Assembly (NCBI GenBank): GCA_016839815.1
Contig: JAEOTM010000122.1
Location: 1-11,747 of the forward strand
DNA: 11,747 nt
Reading direction: 5' to 3'
From: Candidatus Hodarchaeota archaeon
GTDB lineage: Archaea; Asgardarchaeota; Heimdallarchaeia; Hodarchaeales; Hodarchaeaceae
Shown here: positions 8,023-11,747 of the stretch, piece by piece
How positions within the stretch are numbered: position 1 is the first letter of the stretch
Layout: each line of letters opens with the position of its first letter
Made by a program: the position numbers and the translations under genes
Notes under the pieces: generated by a model
What the model was told of the DNA's origin: nothing
The model's database searches: none
The model's input: only the letters and a program-made list of their open reading frames with translations

Positions 8023-8045
8023 CTTCTCGGAAGAGAGCGCTCGTG

Positions 8046-9125
8046 TTAATCACAGCTGACATAACTTGATCCATAACGGATTTCGAGTTCTCTTGCTTTC
8101 TTAACACGTCTTCTATGCTTTTTCCACGAATATAGAGCAATTCCTATGGCTAGTATTGTAAATGATAGGAGATATAGTGGCCATGCGATGAAAACCAACG
8201 GATTATCATATTTAAATGGATTATAAATGTCAAAAGTTTGTACTTTTACACTATATTCTTTTGTAGTAAAAAAATCTGAACTAATAAACAAGTATATTCT
8301 GGAATGATCTGATGCACCCGTAGTTGCACATCGGACTTTGATTTCAAACAGAATGAAACTATTACCTGGCAAGAATTCTAGGGATGGGAATGAATCAGAA
8401 GATAATGAAACATCCTCGATTATTTCTCCACTAATATTTCCACGAATAACCGTTGATTTTAACTCAAGAATCTTCTCATCAACCTCTACACGAAAAGTCA
8501 AATTTTGTAATGAAGCTACTCCTTCGTTTGATATATTATAAGTTAGAGTTTGCTCCTGATTATGAAGAAGAGAAATACGTGGGACGACAAAGCCTACTAT
8601 TTCGATAGGACTACTTGTCACCTTAAGTATCGGATAATAAATTGTCATCGAATTTATACCATACTGGAGAGTATAGACTTGACCTTCTATTCTAGTATCA
8701 ATATCAATATGGACACCATTTTTATGCAAAAATATCTTATATAATACTATAGGATTATTTAAGAATGTCTGGGACGCTGTTATTTGAAAAGTTGCATTTT
8801 TTTCTTCTAATGGATCAAAATCACCAAGATTATAAATGAAATTTTCTCCATCCGCTAAGAAAAGACCTTTCTCTAAAGTAATGTTGATAGACATATTTGT
8901 ATGACTTTGACTAGCCCTCTCTCTAACCTCAACTGTTAGATTAATTACTTGCCAATATTCCATTTCACTTGGAGCGATAATTTGGATAAAGAAATCGGCC
9001 CCACTTTGATCAGGTGCGTGTACTCTACCAATTACACCCTGACTGTTTATAATCGTACCTAGTAAGATAAGTACTAAGAGAGAATATCCACTTTTTCGAC
9101 TGAGTTTCTTTAATCCAACCAACAT
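8046..9125 (-). CDS. Hypothetical secreted, C-terminally membrane-anchored surface protein, probably two Ig-like beta-sandwich domains
   Basis: N-terminal basic plus hydrophobic signal, alternating beta-strand patterns (INLTVEVRE, LTYNISNEGVASLQNLTFRVEV), 7 N-x-S/T sequons, C-terminal TM helix and basic tail. Its start overlaps the oppF end by 16 nt. Confidence 0.75.
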   Translation of the reverse strand: MLVGLKKLSRKSGYSLLVLILLGTIINSQGVIGRVHAPDQSGADFFIQIIAPSEMEYWQVINLTVEVRERASQSHTNMSINITLEKGLFLADGENFIYNLGDFDPLEEKNATFQITASQTFLNNPIVLYKIFLHKNGVHIDIDTRIEGQVYTLQYGINSMTIYYPILKVTSSPIEIVGFVVPRISLLHNQEQTLTYNISNEGVASLQNLTFRVEVDEKILELKSTVIRGNISGEIIEDVSLSSDSFPSLEFLPGNSFILFEIKVRCATTGASDHSRIYLFISSDFFTTKEYSVKVQTFDIYNPFKYDNPLVFIAWPLYLLSFTILAIGIALYSWKKHRRRVKKARELEIRYGSSYVSCD

Positions 9126-10096
9126 GCTGAGTACCTACCATCTTTCATCATAAGTTCTGGCTCTTCTTCAATACACTTCTCGAATTTAAAAGGACATCGT
9201 GGAGAAAATCTGCATCCTGGTGGTAAATTAATTGCTGTTGGGATTTCTCCTTCGATTTCCATCCTTTCACGTTTTGCATTAGGATCTGGAACGGGAATAT
9301 TTGAAATCAATGCTTTAGAATAAGGATGATGAGGGGTTTGAATTACCTGATCAATATTGCCCTTTTCTACGATCTTTCCAAGGTAAAGAATTATTAGCCG
9401 ATGGCCTAAATATCTTGCTTGAGCTAAATCATGCGTAATGAACAGTATTCCCATATTATAGGCAGCCTGTAAATCTTGAAGTAGATTTAAAATTTCAATT
9501 CTTGTGTTAGCATCTAACATGCTTGCAGGTTCGTCAGCAATGATAAATTCTGGATCAAGAACTAATGCACGAGCAATTGAGACTCTTTGGCGTTGGCCAC
9601 CAGATAATTCATGTGGGAAACGGACACTAAAATCCGATACGGGGATTAAACCTACATCCTCCAAAGCTTTTGCCACTCTTCTAGGAGTTTCTTTTTTGGG
9701 AAAAACCTTGGATACTTGTAATGGTTCTGATATTACATCATAAATTGTCATTCGAGGATCTAAAGATTCATACGGATTTTGAAAAATCATTTGCATATGT
9801 CTACGCAATTTTCGTATTTTCCTTTCTTTTTCTTTTGCAATATTTTTTCCCTTATAGAATATCTTCCCATCTGTTGGATCTTCCAGTCTAAGTAACAGTC
9901 TAGCTGCTGTGGTTTTCCCTGATCCGCTTTCTCCTACAAGACAGACGACTTCACCTCTTTTTATTTCAAATGAAATGCTATCTACTGCCCTCACGTACTC
10001 TTTTTTTCCTCGTATTCCATCTATTAACCCAGTTCGTGTGGGAAACCATTTGGAAAGTTCTTCAATAGAAAACAGTATATTTGAATCAGAACTCAT
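9110..10096 (-). CDS. oppF: Oligopeptide ABC transporter ATP-binding subunit
   Basis: Walker A GESGSGKT, signature LSGGQRQR, Walker B IIADE, H-loop ITHD and the C-terminal GCRFSPRC...C...C motif. Start reassigned to ATG 10096, which forms an ATGA overlap with the oppD stop. Confidence 0.93.
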   Translation of the reverse strand: MSSDSNILFSIEELSKWFPTRTGLIDGIRGKKEYVRAVDSISFEIKRGEVVCLVGESGSGKTTAARLLLRLEDPTDGKIFYKGKNIAKEKERKIRKLRRHMQMIFQNPYESLDPRMTIYDVISEPLQVSKVFPKKETPRRVAKALEDVGLIPVSDFSVRFPHELSGGQRQRVSIARALVLDPEFIIADEPASMLDANTRIEILNLLQDLQAAYNMGILFITHDLAQARYLGHRLIILYLGKIVEKGNIDQVIQTPHHPYSKALISNIPVPDPNAKRERMEIEGEIPTAINLPPGCRFSPRCPFKFEKCIEEEPELMMKDGRYSACWLD

Positions 10097-11079
10097 AAGA
10101 TTGAATCTCCTGCGTGAAAGCACGCTACATGATGTTTAGAAGAGGAATACGGTTCAAAAGGAGGTATTTTTTCATGACATTCTTCGGTTGCAATTGGACA
10201 TCGTGGGTGAAAACGACATCCAAGGGGTGGATTTGTTAAATCTGGTGGTAATCCAGAAATTGGTTCAATACGTTCACATTCCCCTAATATACTCGGGAAT
10301 GATCTTATCAGCATCCTCGTATATGGATGAGCGCCTTTATGAAATATTGTAGCTGCATCACCCACTTCCACCATTTTACCAGCATACATAATTGCGACAT
10401 CATCACATGATTCTGCAATTACACTTAAATCATGGGTAATAAATATGATTCCCAAATTGAAACTTGTTTGAATTTCCTTTAATAGCTTTAAAATTTTCTT
10501 TTCTACAATTACATCAAGTGCTGTAACAGGTTCATCAGCTATGAGCAGTTTTGGATCACAAGCCATAGCCATTGCAATTATTGCTCTTTGCTTCATTCCT
10601 CCAGAAAACTCATGGGGATAGTTTTTTATACGGCTAGGATCTAACCCAACTAGCTCAAATGATTCTTTAACCTTATTCCATGCCTCTTTCTTAACTGATT
10701 TCGATTTTGAGACTTCTTTTTCAATAATCACTTCAGCTATTTGTTCTCCGACAGTCATAACAGGATTAAAAGCATTCATTGCGTATTGAAATACATACGA
10801 GAGTTCTTTCCATTTAGCTTGACGCATTTCCTCTTTTGATTTCTTAAGGAGGTCAACACCTTCTAACATAACCTCTCCTTTCACAATTTTTCCTGCGGGA
10901 GGGAGCATTCGCATTATTGATAAAGCTGTAGTTGTTTTACCACACCCACTTTCCCCAGCAACTCCTAAGGTTTTTCCTTGCTCCACAGTAAAACAAACGT
11001 CATCAACCGCCCTTACTCGTGATTCTTTTAAAAAGAAATGCGTGGTTAGGTTCTTTACATCAAGTAATACCATTTTCAT
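10093..11079 (-). CDS. oppD: Oligopeptide ABC transporter ATP-binding subunit
   Basis: GESGCGKT, FSGGMKQR, LIADE, ITHD, HPYT and GCRFHPRC...C...C. TAATG overlap with the oppC stop. Confidence 0.93.
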   Translation of the reverse strand: MKMVLLDVKNLTTHFFLKESRVRAVDDVCFTVEQGKTLGVAGESGCGKTTTALSIMRMLPPAGKIVKGEVMLEGVDLLKKSKEEMRQAKWKELSYVFQYAMNAFNPVMTVGEQIAEVIIEKEVSKSKSVKKEAWNKVKESFELVGLDPSRIKNYPHEFSGGMKQRAIIAMAMACDPKLLIADEPVTALDVIVEKKILKLLKEIQTSFNLGIIFITHDLSVIAESCDDVAIMYAGKMVEVGDAATIFHKGAHPYTRMLIRSFPSILGECERIEPISGLPPDLTNPPLGCRFHPRCPIATEECHEKIPPFEPYSSSKHHVACFHAGDSIL

Positions 11080-11747
11080 TACCTCTCTCTTAGCCGTGGA
11101 TTTAGTACTTCATTTAGACTGAAGCTAATCATTGAAAAACCTAAGGCCAATGCCATTATACTCACCCCTGGGGGGATAAAATGCCACCATGAACCAAGTA
11201 GGATAGCATTTTCTCTTCCTGCTTCATACAATACTCGTCCCCATGACCATGATCCGACTACCCCAAATCCAAGAAAACTTAAACCCGCCTCGGCGATTAT
11301 TGAATTTACAACTCCAAGAATTGCATTTGCAAAGATTAATGGAAAAACATTCGGAAGAATGTGACTCATAATAATATGCCTATTCCCTGCTCCTACAGAT
11401 TTTGATGCCTCAACAAAAGCTCTTTGTTTAAGTGATAGAGTTTCTGAACGTACAATTCTTGCAGTTCCAGTCCATCCAAGGAGTCCAATGATTAAAATTA
11501 AATTTTCCATACCTCCTCCGAAAAGAGAGACAACTACGAGCATCAAGGGGAGCGTTGGGAGTTGTATGAAAAAGTCCGTTATCCTCATAAGGATAGTATC
11601 AATCCACCCCCCGAAATAGCCTGAAATTAATCCAAAGATCGTCCCAATTACTAGTGAGATAAAAGCCGCCGAAAGACCTATTAATAGTGAAATCTGTGCA
11701 CCATGAATCATTTGACTAAATATGTCACGTCCTAAACGATCAGTTCC
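11079..11747 (-). CDS. oppC: Oligopeptide ABC transporter permease, 5' end truncated by the window edge
   Basis: The frame stays open upstream of the ORF-track start to the window edge, reading GTDRLGRDIFSQMIHGAQISL (OppC motif). EAA loop FVEASKSVGA, plus HILPN and EAGLSFLG. Confidence 0.93.
   Translation of the reverse strand, partial: GTDRLGRDIFSQMIHGAQISLLIGLSAAFISLVIGTIFGLISGYFGGWIDTILMRITDFFIQLPTLPLMLVVVSLFGGGMENLILIIGLLGWTGTARIVRSETLSLKQRAFVEASKSVGAGNRHIIMSHILPNVFPLIFANAILGVVNSIIAEAGLSFLGFGVVGSWSWGRVLYEAGRENAILLGSWWHFIPPGVSIMALALGFSMISFSLNEVLNPRLRER

Noticed and set aside
7952-8140. 62-aa minus-strand ORF
   Set aside because: It overlaps the 359-aa gene out of frame and runs through the hairpin region, with no SD or motif.
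1197-10139. Remaining short ORFs antisense to real genes (1197, 1563, 5089, 5318, 5463, 6539, 8338, 8550, 9504, 9909)
   Set aside because: All lie opposite well-supported CDSs.
1-11747. Genome-wide UGA reassignment
   Set aside because: TGA ends oppD (ATGA coupling) and the astE-like gene at expected lengths, and no other gene has an internal TGA.

Overview
AT-rich, gene-dense window that looks archaeal: GGTGA Shine-Dalgarno sites, a BRE/TATA-like promoter, an oligo-U terminator and an xGF-CTERM sorting signal. An Asgard/Heimdallarchaeia-like origin is plausible but is inference. The window holds a peptide/amino-acid uptake and catabolism neighbourhood. Left to right: an MFS permease running off the left edge (missed by the ORF track), an Asp/Glu/hydantoin racemase with an M19 dipeptidase, a second MFS permease, and an AstE/AspA (M14-like) metallohydrolase. 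On the minus strand there is an Opp/Dpp ABC cluster: oppC (partial), oppD, oppF, an unknown membrane-anchored surface protein, and oppA. The main oddity is oppA. ORFs 7299..7823 and 5898..7229 are one in-frame 641-codon gene interrupted by a single TGA at 7299-7301, inside the conserved 'AExxPYIPLF' motif. The full protein is also a circularly permuted family-5 solute-binding protein, with the canonical C-terminal part first and a Thr/Asp repeat stalk plus SGF-CTERM anchor at the end. I saw no RNA genes, CRISPR arrays or mobile elements.
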